The translations under genes and the position numbers were made by a program. A DNA stretch of 63,327 nt, filler included, from Octopus bimaculoides (Eukaryota): NCBI RefSeq assembly GCF_001194135.2. It is 4 parts of 4 records of this genome, joined end to end, with 100 filler letters (N's around TTAATTAATTAA, not from the genome) between each part and the next. Parts side by side here need not be neighbours in the genome. Positions count along the whole stretch, not along the records: positions 20,632 to 46,560 come from NC_068991.1; 3 more parts are not named here. One strand, written 5' to 3'. Of the stretch, positions 26,214 through 39,629 are shown piece by piece. The notes beneath the pieces were generated by a model, which was given only the letters and a program-made list of their open reading frames with translations, did not search any database and was not told the DNA's origin. How positions within the stretch are numbered: position 1 is the stretch's first letter; every line of letters starts with the position of its first letter.

Positions 26214-27419
26214 TACGAGGATGAGCTGAAAAGTTGATAGAATGACTATGAAGTGATGCTAGAGATGTGAAATTTTACACGCATTATTTTCTATTAATTT
26301 TTACCCTTCTTATTAGTAAATGCATTGTTTCTTTTCAGGTAGACATCTAACTGTTTAAAAAAGACTTCAAAAAGTTACTAATAGCGACTTCTCTTGGAAA
26401 TGGACAAATTTGATGTCGTGGTGTCATCAACTACCTGCAGCAAATGGTTTTAGCCACCAAGAACTTTTATGCTGACACGGTTCCTACATTTGAGGATGAT
26501 GCTCCAGTTTTATCAACAGTGCAAAATATGGTGATAGATGGCAGGCAACTGATTATAAATCAAATAGCCAATGCCATTAGCACATTCTGTGAGAGTGTTG
26601 AGAATATTATGCACAACGAGTTTTGCAGGACGAAGGCTTCTGCTCGAAGGGTGCCACATATTCTGGCACCTAATCGATAGGGTACCGGACTGATCACATC
26701 ACAGGAAAATCTGACACTATTTGAGGCAGATCCAGCTAGTTTACTTGAACGTTTCCTAACCCAGGATAATTACTGGCTCCATCACATTGAATCAGAGACA
26801 AAGTGACAATCCATGCAGTGGAAACACCCATCCCCACCTGCTCCAAAGAAGACCAAAGCCGTTTCATCTGCAGGGAAGGCGACAGCCTTTGTTTTTATAG
26901 TTTTTAGGGATGAAAAGGCATTCTATTTACTGATAATCTTCAAAAGAGCCACGCCATCAACAGAGAGTACTGTGCCAGTTATGAAAGGCTGAGGTAGTTA
27001 TGAAAGGCTAGTAAGACCAAACGCCCAGGAAAACTGACGACATGGTTCTTGTTTCATCAGGACAATACTCCAGCATACAAGCCCTTAGTTTCATTGGTTG
27101 ATGTGCATGACTGTGGATTTGAACTGGTTCGTCATCGTGCCTATTCATCTGATTTGGCCCAATCTGACTATTTGACTATCTTCCTCAATATGAAATGAAA
27201 AAACACTTGATTGAGAACAAGTATGCTGACATACACACTGCTGATGAATTTTCTGTCCAAAAGGATGAAAGCTTCATCACCAACGGGAACCAAGCACTGC
27301 TACACCGATGGAAGAAATGTATGGACCGCAAGGTGGACCATGTTGAAAAATAAGCCTCAATTGGCCAAATTCCATGGAAGTATCTTAGTCATCCTATGAA
27401 CTTTACAACTGACCCTATA
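26214..27419 (+). mobile_element. Full-length decayed mariner transposon (about 1.2 kb)
   Basis: Imperfect TIRs (tacgaggatgagctgaaaagttgatag vs reverse complement tatagggtcagttgtaaagttcatag), TA flanks, remnants SMQWKHP, LFHQDNTPAY, AYSSDLAQSDY. Confidence 0.9.
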
Positions 27420-27512
27420 ATAAATATTTATTTATCTTTATTCCTGTGTGTATGCGTGTATGTATGTGCATATATATGCATGTATGTATATATGAATATA
27501 GACTGTCATACC

Positions 27513-27552
27513 GGCCATGACGAAGGGAAATAGCCCTGAAACTCGAGTCGCC
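27513..27552 (+). ncRNA. Minimal type I hammerhead ribozyme-like motif (Penelope pLTR type), probably with a core defect
   Basis: GGC-C(A)TGACGA-AGGG aaatag CCCT-GAAAC-tcga-GTC-GCC: stems I and II pair, palindromic stem III loop, GUC cleavage triplet; one extra A in the CUGANGA core. Confidence 0.7.
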
Positions 27553-27783
27553 TTTATATATTTATATTTATATATTTATATATTTGATCCTTTATATTGA
27601 ACACTCAATATTTCATCTACATTCAATACTTTATTTCATGGTGCCATCCATTTTTATTTTATTTTATATTATATATTGTATATTATATTATATATTGTAT
27701 ATTCCATATTCTATACCCCACATTAGTTCTGCAGGAATATAAATAAAACATAAAAAACAGACAGTGTTGGAACTCTTTTAAGC

Positions 27784-27860
<77 letters not shown>

Positions 27861-28269
27861 TGTATATGTATATATTTATGTATATATATGCATATATATA
27901 TGTATATGTATATATACGTAGGTATGTATATATATATATATGTATGTATGTATGTATTTATGTATGTATGTATGTATGTATGCATGCATGTATGTATGCA
28001 TGTATGTATGAAGGGGTAGTGGCATCACTGGTACACGTTATCGAATAAAGAGAGTAAGACATAGAAAGCGCCGAAAATTAATCTTATATCTTCATAACGA
28101 AAATGATATGTTTCTATCAGTCTTCTAAGGGAAAATGAAGTTACAAAAATAATGTACAGAAAATATTTTTCAAGAAATTAATCAAAGACAGAAAGGTAGA
28201 GAAAAACAGAATTAAGTTTTCCATCAATAAATATCGCTTTAAACTGATTTTATTTGAAAAATATACACA

Positions 28270-28393
28270 GACGTGGGCATGTCGTAAGAGCTTTGCTTCC
28301 CAATTACATGATGCCGGGTTCAGTCCGACTGCGCGGTACCTACGGCAAGCCTTGTCAGTAGATTTGGTAACCAAGAATTGGAAGAAGCCCGTC

Positions 28394-28424
<31 letters not shown>

Positions 28425-28425
28425 A

Positions 28426-28516
<91 letters not shown>

Positions 28517-28739
28517 CGCGCGTCTGTGCTTGTAATCCACCACCGCTTGACAACCGATGTTGGTGTGTTTACATCACTGTATCATAGCGGTTCGACAAAA
28601 GTGACCGACAGAACAAGTACCAAGCTTTATAAAACAATAATTTGTGGGGTCGATTTCTTCAACTAAGACTTTTGAAGGCAGTGCCCTTGCACGGCTGCAG
28701 TCTAATAACTGAAACAAGTAAAATGTAAAAGATTAAAAA
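28270..28739 (+). mobile_element. SINE family B copy with expanded (TG)n
   Basis: gaagaagcccgtcg then (TG)n then cttgacaaccgatgttggtgtgtttac. Confidence 0.88.
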
Positions 28740-29234
28740 TTTGTATAGAGAGACAAGTCTAGACTGTGACAAGCGTAGAGTGGAGTATAGGAATAAAAAA
28801 AAACAGTTGGGGGAAACGACGGAAAATACGAAGTAAACTGAGGATAGGATAGGGGAGAGGAAAAGATTTATCTTAGGAGTGAAAACATTAACGTAGAAAA
28901 AATTTCTTAATGCATTAGAGACAAATATTAGGAAACACAGGTCGTTGACTTAATAATAACTATATTAAAATGAAAAAGTAATAAGGGCAGTAGAAGTAAT
29001 GACTGTGTAATTAACGTAACAGCTTGGAATCTAGAAGAATGTACGGAAGGTTGCATATTGAATGAGGTGTCTTAATAGATTTTGATTTTTCCAGTAAAAT
29101 TTTAGACTCTTAGAACATTCAGTTTCTTGCTGGTTAGAGAACAATTAATTGTTGAACCGATATTAGATTATAAAATGAACTTAATATACACCCTTAGATT
29201 ACATTACCAGTGTGTATAACGTTTATAATGTATA

Positions 29235-30150
29235 TACAGGGTGTTCCGTGGAGGCGCAATAGCCCAGTGGTTAGGGCAGCGGACTCGTGGTCATAGGATC
29301 GTGGTTTCGATTCTCAGACCGGGCGTTGTGAGTGTTTATCGAGCGAAAACACCTAAAGTTCCACGAGGCTCCGGCAGGAGATGGTGGCGAACCCTGTTGT
29401 ACTCTTTCACTACAGCTTTCTCTTACTCTTTCTTCCTGTTTCTGTTGTGCCTGTAATTCAAAGGGTCAGCCTTGTCACACTCTGTGTCGCGCTGAATATC
29501 TCCGAGAACTACGTTATGGGTACACGTGTCTGTGGAGTGCTCAGCCGCTTGCACGTTAATTTCACGAGCAGGCTGTTCCGTTGATCGGATCAACTGGAAC
29601 ACTCGACGTCGTAAGCGACGGAATACCAACAACAACAGGGTGTTCCAAAAGACACTGATGGGTTTCAATTTTTAATAACTTCCATAACTTTATAAATACA
29701 TGAAATTTTGATACAACATAAAGGACACAATGGAGATTAATATGCTTAAGTCAAAGTTTGCAAAACCCCTGCATCACATATGAAAAAATGATATCGCTTA
29801 AATGGCAGCCATTTTCGGCTTCGTACGCTCGTGCTCTTTCCAAAACTTGCACCAATACACCCGCAAGAGTTTCGAACACCACTTCTCTGATTTTTCTATC
29901 GATGTTCTCCTTCAGTTACATCAGGGTCTCCGGTTTGTTGACATAAACCCTCTCTTTCAGGTATCTCCACAAGAAAAAAATCTGGGCTAGTCAAGTCTGG
30001 GGAACGTGAAGTCCAGTTGACATTCCCGTAGCGGGAGATTATTCTCTCTCCAAAGCACTGCCGTAGCAACTGCGGTATAAGCAGTTTCCCCATCTTGCTG
30101 GAACCATGTGTGAGGTCTACTTTGAATGGCCGGCCGCGAAAAGGTCTCAA
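29235..30150 (-). mobile_element. Tc1/mariner-superfamily 3-prime half with terminal repeat TACAGGGTGTTCC
   Basis: QQDG.TA, FGERIISRYGNVNWTSRSPDLTSPDFF, YLKERVYVNKP-like remnants; TIR interrupted by a SINE. Confidence 0.8.
29248..29634 (+). mobile_element. Full-length tRNA-derived SINE with 12-bp TSD
   Basis: A-box TAGCCCAGTGG, B-box-like GTTTCGATTC, (CAA)n tail; ACAGGGTGTTCC duplicated at 29236-29247 and 29635-29646. Confidence 0.92.
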
Positions 30151-30557
30151 TTATGGATACTTATGATTGTTATTGGTGGGGACGTTATGTATTCTTGAAG
30201 CGAGTACGGGTGGAGTTATAAACAAGTTTTGAGTAATCTTGCTGTTGCACTAAAATGGCTAATGCATCAACGTCAGCGACATGAGATTCAATGCTAAGAT
30301 GTGCAAAGTTGTTCTGTTGCAATACATGCCAATGAATCTGCTGTAGGCACGCTCCAGTCCTTCAACTTCAGGGTCTCTATTCACACACATCAGCATGGGT
30401 TAACAACGTTACCATTAGTTGATACCGAGAATGTGATAATCTTGATAATTGCCGAGAATTCTCGGCATGAAACCAATGGTAGACTTGTTAACCTACAAGT
30501 AAAGAAAATTTATCGACAAACGCGATGTTGAGCACTAATTATCATTGTCCGATATTA

Positions 30558-30827
<270 letters not shown>

Positions 30828-31745
30828 ACTCACATACATATACAGATAGATAAATACATACATGCATAGGTAGATAGAGATACATATAGATAAAAATAGA
30901 TTGCAAAAGGGAAAAAAAAAAGAAAACGAGAAAAATATTGAAAATAAGAGGAAGAAAAGTACGTCATTAGACAAGGTCAATCATTTCAATGAAAGAAAAA
31001 CTAAAAAGCAACAAAGATATAAATGAAGAGACCTCAGAAGACATTAAGTGAAGGAGTCGGTAAAAAGTCATGCAAACAAAATAATTATAACCCATGCACG
31101 CACACACGCGCGCGAGCATATACATCAAAACTTCTGTCAATTTTAAACATAACAAGCTTGATGTAGCTGTTTAGGACTGAAAAGAAAAAATTCTGTACAG
31201 CTATAGAGGTCAGCTGTCCTGTAGATGTGAGCACTTATATTTTTTTGAAAATCATTGACAAAGAGAATATTTACGGAGAGCTGCTTCCAAGTATACAGAT
31301 CTTCTGTAAAGATTACACATTCACATTGGTACCTATAATTATTAGTTCACATGGTTGTATTAGTAAATGTTCAAGTTGCTATCTCGTAAAACTGACCAGC
31401 CATCGCGCTATCTATCTATCTATCTAGTTTATACTAGTATAGAAATATCTATTAAATTCGAATTCCAAAGCCTAGACTTACTGAAGTAGGGGCTTATCCT
31501 CGTTTCCATAGATTGTATAACACTCAGTCCTGAACTATAGACCTCGCCGTTGTAGGCTACATACTATTCTATGTATACAGGAATCTATATGTATTTGTCT
31601 ACATGAACATATATATACATACAAACTTACATACAAACTTACATACAAACATATACAAACATACATACATACATACATACATATATACATATATACGTAC
31701 ATACATACATCTATACATACATGCATGCATACATACATGCATACA

Positions 31746-31927
31746 TATGTAACATACTGCCTAAGTACCAATCTTGAGAAATGAGGCTTCTCGAAACAAA
31801 ACAGAAATCTGCACATATACATACATACATACATACATACATAAATACCCTGTTGATGTTGAAATTCCAGTGAAGGAGCCTTGAATGTAGGCTAGAGATC
31901 GACTCTTTCTCTAATGGCAGAGACAAG
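31746..31927 (+). mobile_element. Internally deleted 3-prime fragment of the same R4/Dong-like LINE
   Basis: atgtaacatactgcctaagtaccaatcttgagaa and aaataccctgttgatgttgaaattcc match the reverse complement of 9380-9680. Confidence 0.7.
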
Positions 31928-31929
31928 CC

Positions 31930-32335
31930 GGAGCAAGATGTCTGGTACCAATATGAGTCGCAGGCTCAGGGATGTGGGAGCGCCGTGATCTCTAGCACAA
32001 ACCAAAGATCCCCAAAATGTCCAATGCCATTCTCCTAGAGACATGCTTCAACAAAAGCTGAGGGGCACCTCACTCCCAGTGGTCTTTCAGCAGGCCGGAC
32101 ACCATCCCGGAATTTCTGCGTACCCGTGCTATTGCTAGATAGCCGTTGAGCCTGCACTAGGTCCATCCGAGCTTTCAACAAGTCTTGTTTTTAATCCTGC
32201 TGGGTTTCTAGCAAACCTCCTCACCAGAGTAGCCTGATGGGGGTGCCAGTTTAGTCGCCGGCAATCCGACCATGCAACAGGTTGTACTGGATTACATGTA
32301 ACCAGTAGCACTTATGAGAGCCTCATACGTGACCT
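31930..32335. mobile_element. GC-rich probable LINE fragment (RTE-like 5-prime region)
   Basis: Higher GC than flanks, agtttagtcgccggcaatccgaccatgcaacagg resembles RTE-type leader; no intact ORF. Confidence 0.3.
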
Positions 32336-33462
32336 GACATAATTTTGCTCAGATTGCTTTCGATTTTGGTGCAACTCTGAATTTTGATTAGGATCAACCA
32401 ATTACTTTATCTCGTAAATTTAAGAATCTGATGTTATTCGGCATTAAAGTTGGGAAATTTGGGTAATTTTCACACTTAATTCTTCACATCACGAGATTCT
32501 TTTCACCCGCGTGTTTTGTTTTGATTTTTCTGTGTGTTAGTATATTACATATTTTTCTGTGCTCTTGAGTGTTAGTATTTTTCTGTGCTTTTTTCTGTGT
32601 GTTAGCATTTTTACACATTTTTATTTCAAATATTTTGGGGACTCATTGACTCAGCTAGCTGGATTTATGATTTCACTAGGTTAGTTCTATTCATAAAAAA
32701 TTAAATTAGGAGTATTTCTTAAACCGTTAGCTTCACATTTCAACAGCTTAACTGAAATTTAGCCCACCTAACAGGAACTGAGAGGGATATCGTGGAACAG
32801 AGAAACTGCGTATGATGCAGATAATTTGACATTATTTTTGAATTCTGCATGCAAAAACATATGAGGTACGGGTATTCTTTTCCTTGGGACAAATTCTTTT
32901 TCGGTCATCAAAGCAATGAGACTAGAATGCAACATTATTATAGCCGATTTTCAAATTTTTCACTCTCTTTTAAAAAATGAATATTTGGCGAATGAAAAAA
33001 AACTAGAGCCTATATATATATATANNNNNNNNNNNNNNNNNNNNNNNNNNNNNNNNNNNNNNNNNNNNNNNNNNNNNNNNNNNNNNNNNNNNNNNNNNNN
33101 NNNNNNNNNNNNNNNNNNNNNNNNNNNNNNNNNNNNNNNNNNNNNNNNNNNNNNNNNNNNNNNNNNNNNNNNNNNNNNNNNNNNNNNNNNNNNNNNNNNN
33201 NNNNNNNNNNNNNNNNNNNNNNNNNNNNNNNNNNNNNNNNNNNNNNNNNNNNNNNNNNNNNNNNNNNNNNNNNNNNNNNNNNNNNNNNNNNNNNNNNNNN
33301 NNNNNNNNNNNNNNNNNNNNNNNNNNNNNNNNNNNNNNNNNNNNNNNNNNNNNNNNNNNNNNNNNNNNNNNNNNNNNNNNNNNNNNNNNNNNNATGCTCG
33401 ACTAAAGGCGGTGCTCCAGCATGGCCGCAGTCAAATGATTGAAACAAATAAAAGATAAGAAA

Positions 33463-33503
<41 letters not shown>

Positions 33504-33729
33504 TCTCAAACAGTACATATAAGGATATACATATTAGTGAGTGAAGTGTGGAAGAAAAGAGGGTGAGAAAGGAAAAAAATGAGAATAAATCATACACAGT
33601 TAAACACATACATGCATGCGAGCATATATACATAAGCCCCTTAACACACACACACACACACACACATACACATATATGTGCGTGTGTGCGTGTGTGTGAA
33701 TATGTGTTTTTTATGTTAGTGTATATACA

Positions 33730-33733
33730 TTAC

Positions 33734-33794
<61 letters not shown>

Positions 33795-33805
33795 CAGACA
33801 GACAA

Positions 33806-33850
<45 letters not shown>
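33730..33850. repeat. (GATA)n/(GACA)n tract
   Basis: Seen directly. Confidence 0.97.
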
Positions 33851-33852
<2 letters not shown>

Positions 33853-34902
33853 TGCATACATATGCATAAACACATCGATATAGGGAGAACGAGAAGGGAC
33901 GGATGGAAAGGAGTGAACAACTTATACAGAGCTAAATGTATAGATACACACACACTCACACACACATAAACACACACACACGCTAGCACGCTCACACACA
34001 CGAACACACACACACGCAGACCCACACACATACACACACAGAAATAAAAGCTCGTGAGGAATGCTCGATTCGTTGACCTGACAAATTACCCCTTAAAAAA
34101 AAAAAATGAAAGAAAAAGATCAAAGAGACATCTCCACCATAGTACCATAAGGCCGAGCTTAGGAAACTAAAAAGTAAGCATAAAAGCAACAAAAATAAGG
34201 GAAAAAAGGTGCCGCATATAACAACAACAACAACAACAACCACAACATCTAGAATTACAGTAGTAACAACAATAACAATGAAATCAACAGCAGCAGCAAC
34301 AACGACAGCGGCAAGAAAACGTCCTTTAATAGCTTTTGAATCGATTAAGATGCGGCTTCAGATAAGCAGTGATCCAGTTGAGCTATGAACTCGGTTCATT
34401 GACTTTGAAACAGTAGTCACGGTCTAAAGATGAAAAAGCGTTATAACTGATTGCATTTCGCCTTAGTTTTATCTTCGTGTTTTATATATATATATATATA
34501 TATNNNNNNNNNNNNNNNNNNNNNNNNNNNNNNNNNNNNNNNNNNNNNNNNNNNNNNNNNNNNNNNNNNNNNNNNNNNNATATATGTGTGTGTGTGTGTG
34601 TGTATATATTTTTTCTTTCTATCTCTGTCTTTACTTAAGAGAAAGAGCAGAATATTTTCTTCATCGTTTTCTTCATATTTTCATTCAGGCTTTTAATTTT
34701 GATCAATTTTTTTTCTCTCAAAAACAACCCCCAAATACAAATAGTCTTTCTATTGTTTCATCTTTCTTTTTAAGGTCTGGTACTTATTCTATCGCTTTCT
34801 TTTGCCGAACTTCGTTTGTGTATGTATAAAAGAAGAAAAGAAAGAAAACATGTTTTATCATTTTTAGTTATTGATTGATTAGGAACTCAGGTCGCAAGTG
34901 CA

Positions 34903-35245
34903 GGCGTAGCTGTGTGGTTAAAAAGATGTTTTGCAACCACATAGTTTCGGGTTCAGTCCTAATGCGCGGCGCCGGAGGTAAGGGCCTTCTACTATTTGCC
35001 CCAGGCCGACCAATGTATGTGTGTGTGGGGGATGGGGTTATCTTTGTGTTTGTCCTTCAACCGTTTGATAACCGGTGTTAATTTGTTTACGTCCAGTAAA
35101 ATAACGGTTCGGTTAAAGAAGCTGATAGAATAAGTACCAAACTTTAACGAAAGAAAATAAGTACAGCTCGCCATTTGTTCAACAAATTCCTCTAAATCAG
35201 CGCCCAGTATGAACGTAGTCCAATGATCTGAACAGGTAAAGCAAA
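34903..35245 (+). mobile_element. SINE family B copy
   Basis: gcgtagctgtgtggttaa head, ttctacta...ggccgacc, gataaccggtgt, agaataagtac. Confidence 0.8.
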
Positions 35246-35334
35246 TTTGTTATAGGTAACATTTGTGAAACTAATCTAGAATTAGGATGCCTGCGAAGAG
35301 ACAAGGCATAGTACTACCAACATTCCGTCATTCG

Positions 35335-35795
35335 TGTAATTTGTGAGGGACTGAGATTAGTCAATACCGTGAATCCCAGTGCTCCACTGATACCTTATCA
35401 ACAACGGAGGAATGGAAGGCAAAGTAAATTCTCTGCGGAATTTCAACTCAGAGCGTAAAGAGCCGGAACAAATACCGTAGAGCATTTTGTCCGACGCTCT
35501 AAAGATTTCTGTTATGCATTAACATTAATAATTGCTTCTAATTTAGGCACCAGGCCAGCAGCTATGGACGTTAATCTGTTACATCGAACTCAAGTTCTTT
35601 ACTGGTATTTAATTTTATAGACCTTGCCAGGCTGGTAGGCAAATTTGACCTCGAAGAAATTTGAGTTTAGAAGATGAAGAACTTGAAGAAATACCACGAT
35701 GGCATTTTAATTCATTTCATAATGATCCAGAAGTAGAACTTCGACGAGATTTGAACCAAGAGCATGAAGAGGCCGCAAAGCACTTTGTCCGACAC
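35335..35795 (-). mobile_element. Two degraded SINE family A copies
   Basis: aggcaaa..tgacctcg..gaatttgaactcagag motifs repeated. Confidence 0.65.
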
Positions 35796-36194
35796 TCTAA
35801 CATGTTGTATAGATGCAGTGTTGGATAATGCAATCTACAGATATTTTCTATAATACATTATGACAATCGGAAGTAATTTTACCGCGGCAGGATTCGATCT
35901 GAGAATGCAATGTTGAAAATGTCTAAGTCCAAAGCTCAGTCTTGTAATGATTGAACAGAAAATACTGTAGTAGTCTACGTGGCTAAATAATTAAATAAAC
36001 TGAATCTCCAAAGCATTTTCTCCGCTGCTCTACTAATTCTGCCACTTACCACCTATCTAACATAACTAGAAAGTGGGGACGAGACGGATGTAGTAAATAT
36101 AAATCGTATACTGTAGCGAAGGAATTCTAATAAAGTAAATAAGGGAACGTAAGTAAAAAGCACAAGGCATTTAATACGGAATTCTAAGTATACT

Positions 36195-36424
36195 CTTTTT
36201 TACTCTTTTACTCTCTTTTACTTGTTTCAGTCATGTGACTGCGGCCATGCTGGAGCACTGCCTTTAGTCGAGCAAATCGACTCCATGACTTATTCTTTGT
36301 AAGCTTAGTACTTATTCCATCGGTCACTTTTTGCCGAACCGCTAAGTTACGGGGACGTAAACACACCAGCATCGGTTGTCAAGAGATGGTGGAGGGACAA
36401 ACACAGACACACAAACATACATAC

Positions 36425-36457
<33 letters not shown>

Positions 36458-36607
36458 CATATATACGACGGGCTTCTTTCAGTTTCTGTCTACCAAATCC
36501 ACTCACAAGGCTTTGGTCGGCTCGAGGCTATAGTAGAAGGTGCCCAAGGTGCCACGCAGTAGGACTGAACCCGGAAGCATGTGGTTGATAAGCAAGCTAT
36601 TTACCAA
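36195..36607 (-). mobile_element. SINE family B copy
   Basis: Same motifs as 7320-7737. Confidence 0.9.
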
Positions 36608-36811
36608 CGATAATTCTTTCAAATTTTTGCAGTTAGTATTCATACATACATACATACATACAGACAGACTGACAGACAGACAGACCTAGAGATAAATAGA
36701 AAGATACGTGCATACATGCATACATATACATGCACACACACACACACGCTCACATAATACATCCATACATATATACATACATACGTACATTCACACATAT
36801 ATAAATGCATG

Positions 36812-36937
<126 letters not shown>

Positions 36938-36989
36938 CATGTATGTATGCATGTATGTATGTATGTATGTATGTATGTATGCATGTATG

Positions 36990-38602
36990 TATCAGGTCAT
37001 TAAAAATGAAATGTCCGAGTTTGAACTGAAATTTTATTTTACTTTATCTGAACAAAAAGCAATGCTGTTAATCAAAGTATGCACCTAAATTATCAACACA
37101 ACTTTATCATTTTAACGGTAGGTTATTTATGCCGGCAGCGAAGGATTCTGGAGAGCAGGAGGTGATGAAATCACGAAAGGCTGTTTTTGCATCTTCTTCA
37201 GATCTGAAGTTTTTTTCCTTACAAAAAGTTGTCTAATGCCTGGAAAACGTGATAGTCAGTTGGTGCAAAGCCTGGTGAATATGGTGAGTAACAGAGCACT
37301 TCCCAGCTCGGTTCCTGTAACTTGAGTAGCGTTGTTTGTGCAACATATGGTCGAGCATTGTCTTACAAGAGAGTTGATCTGTCTCTACTGACCAATATCA
37401 GTTGTTTCATTGCACGTTCACCCATCATTTCATCCAACTGGTTGATGTAATTGACTTACCAGTTCACATGAAGCTGTAGTGGATGACACAAGCGCTGGAC
37501 CACCAAACAGACACCATTAGCATTTTTATTCTTTTATTCTTTTAATTGTTTCAGTAATTTGACTGCGCCCATGCTAGAGCACCGCCTTTAGTCGAACTAA
37601 TCAACCCCAGGACTTATTCTTTGTAAGCCTAGTACTTATTCTATCGATCTCTTTAGCCGAACCGCTAAGTTACGGGTACGTAAAAATACAAACATCGGTT
37701 GTCAAGCGTTGGTGGGGGACAAAGACAGACACACAAACATCTACATATATATACGACGAGCTTTTTTCAGTTTCCGTCTACCAAATCTACTCACACGGCT
37801 TTGGTCGGCCCGAGACTATAATAGAAGACACTTGCCCAAGGAGGCACGCAGTGGACTGAACCAGGAGCCATATGGTTAGGAAGCAAGCTTCTTACCACAC
37901 AGCCACGTGAATATTCTTTATTGGATTGTGTTTTGGCACTTGGTTTCTATCCAACCACCGTGCAGAACGCTTGCTATTGTTGAAAAGAATCCATTTTACA
38001 TCACACGTAACAATACGGTTTTTATACCGTAACAGCAAAGAATAATAAGTTTCAAGAGGATGTCTCATTTGATGCTCGTTCAGTTCGTGTGGTACCCACT
38101 TGTCCAGCTTCTTTACCTTGCCGATTTGTTTGAGATGGTCCAATTCAGTTGGAATCGAAACATCAAACCTTGCTGCTAACTCACGCGTATCTGCTTCCAC
38201 TACAGTTTCCAGCTCATCATTATCCACCTTGGTTTCAGGTCTACCATGGGGCTGATTTTCAAGAGTAAAATCACTAGACCGGAACTTCTCAAACCATCGA
38301 CTTACAAGTGCGCTCACCCACCACTTCTTCACCAAATATCTCATTGATGTTTCGAGTTGTCAGGGATGTAGTGGTTCCACGACGGAACTCATATTCATAA
38401 ACCACACGAATTGGTTCACGAAAACTGATTTACAAGAGAAAACTCACGATATAATCAGACACCATGAATTGCATTTCGAAAAGTGATGATATAACTCTTC
38501 AATGTTGCAAAACAAAGAATTGTCAGAATAAAAGATTAGGGTTAATGACTGTCAAACTTGGTGCATAAGAAAATCGAACATTTCACTCTTAATGACCTGA
38601 TA
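36990..38602 (-). mobile_element. Full-length decayed mariner transposon interrupted by a SINE at about 37530-37906
   Basis: 32-bp TIRs tatcaggtcattaa..tgaaatgt.cga (4 mismatches); ORF RWFEKFRSSDFTLENQPHGRP...LDKWVPHELNE...RIVTCDVKWILF. Confidence 0.92.
37530..37906 (-). mobile_element. SINE family B copy nested in a mariner
   Basis: Full body splitting the mariner ORF between NIH and KLMVSVWW-like sequence. Confidence 0.9.
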
Positions 38603-39629
38603 TATATTCAAACTTTAGTGCAAGACTTATTCGTTTGTTATTTGCTTACGTCTCATTCTAAAGTAATCCACACCCAACCAAATTCGAAAAACACTACTCA
38701 AAGCTTGTTCTCCTTAAAGAAGGACAAATGTTTTAAAACGTGGATTTTCTACTCCTCATTGCATATCAATTCACTATAATTATTTTTTTCTTTTGCGGAT
38801 TAATTTTTGCTGACACAGCATCAACCATTGTTAACTTTCTTTGGATTATGACTCTTACTTTTAACATTTGAAGCTCTCCCCTCACTGGTGAGATTAATGC
38901 AGTTATGGTTAAATTATAACACCTAATGGTTAATAGATTAATAATAAGAGAATAACTTTTTAACCTCATCTTTAACAAACAATATTTTATAAGGTAATAT
39001 TTATTCCCACTTAAAAGTGGATGTTGCGTAAGAATACAGAATACTGCGATAGTTACCATGAGAGAATCTCTCATATGGACATATGGTGCATATAAGCACT
39101 CTTAATTACATCGCTAGCGGAAGATAATCAACCGCCATCGCCGCCGCCTCCGATCACGTGATTTCGGTCTTCCCTGGCCTTGTCAACGGCAGATGCTGAA
39201 GTAAAATGATAAAAGCCGAAGATAGCAGCGATTTTCCCGCTAATAGTTTACATAAGATCACAGTGCTTACTCAGGTACTGGTGTTGTGAATTGCCAGTAC
39301 CCTTATTTTAAAAATTATTGATATTCTAAAATATTTCATTTAGCATAACTAAAGTACACTTCGAAGGGTTTGATCCTCAATCGTCATCAAATATTTATTT
39401 ATTTAATTTCTAACTAGGAAATTTTATTTCTATATTTTTTAAATTTATAATAAAAACCTACTTCTTCAATAGGATGCTGTCACATGGATCATGGATAGGT
39501 TTGAATCCTTGGTGTTATCACTCTTAGTTTAGAGTTAAAGTTTTCTAATTCGAATCCAATCTGCTACTATGTACACAGCCATGAATATGATGATCGATCA
39601 AATCAATCAAAGCTTAATATTATTATAAA

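Noticed and set aside
29248-29320. tRNA-like A and B boxes (also in other SINE heads)
   Set aside because: Continue into SINE bodies and lack a complete cloverleaf; not tRNA genes
30450-30467. 18-bp perfect palindrome TGCCGAGAATTCTCGGCA
   Set aside because: Single short instance with no flanking structure; no function can be supported
30210-30531. About 110 codons with one stop, containing SNLAVAL, loosely like the shared motif of the two decayed ORFs
   Set aside because: Spacing is off by one and the DG..F motif is absent; likely over-fitting
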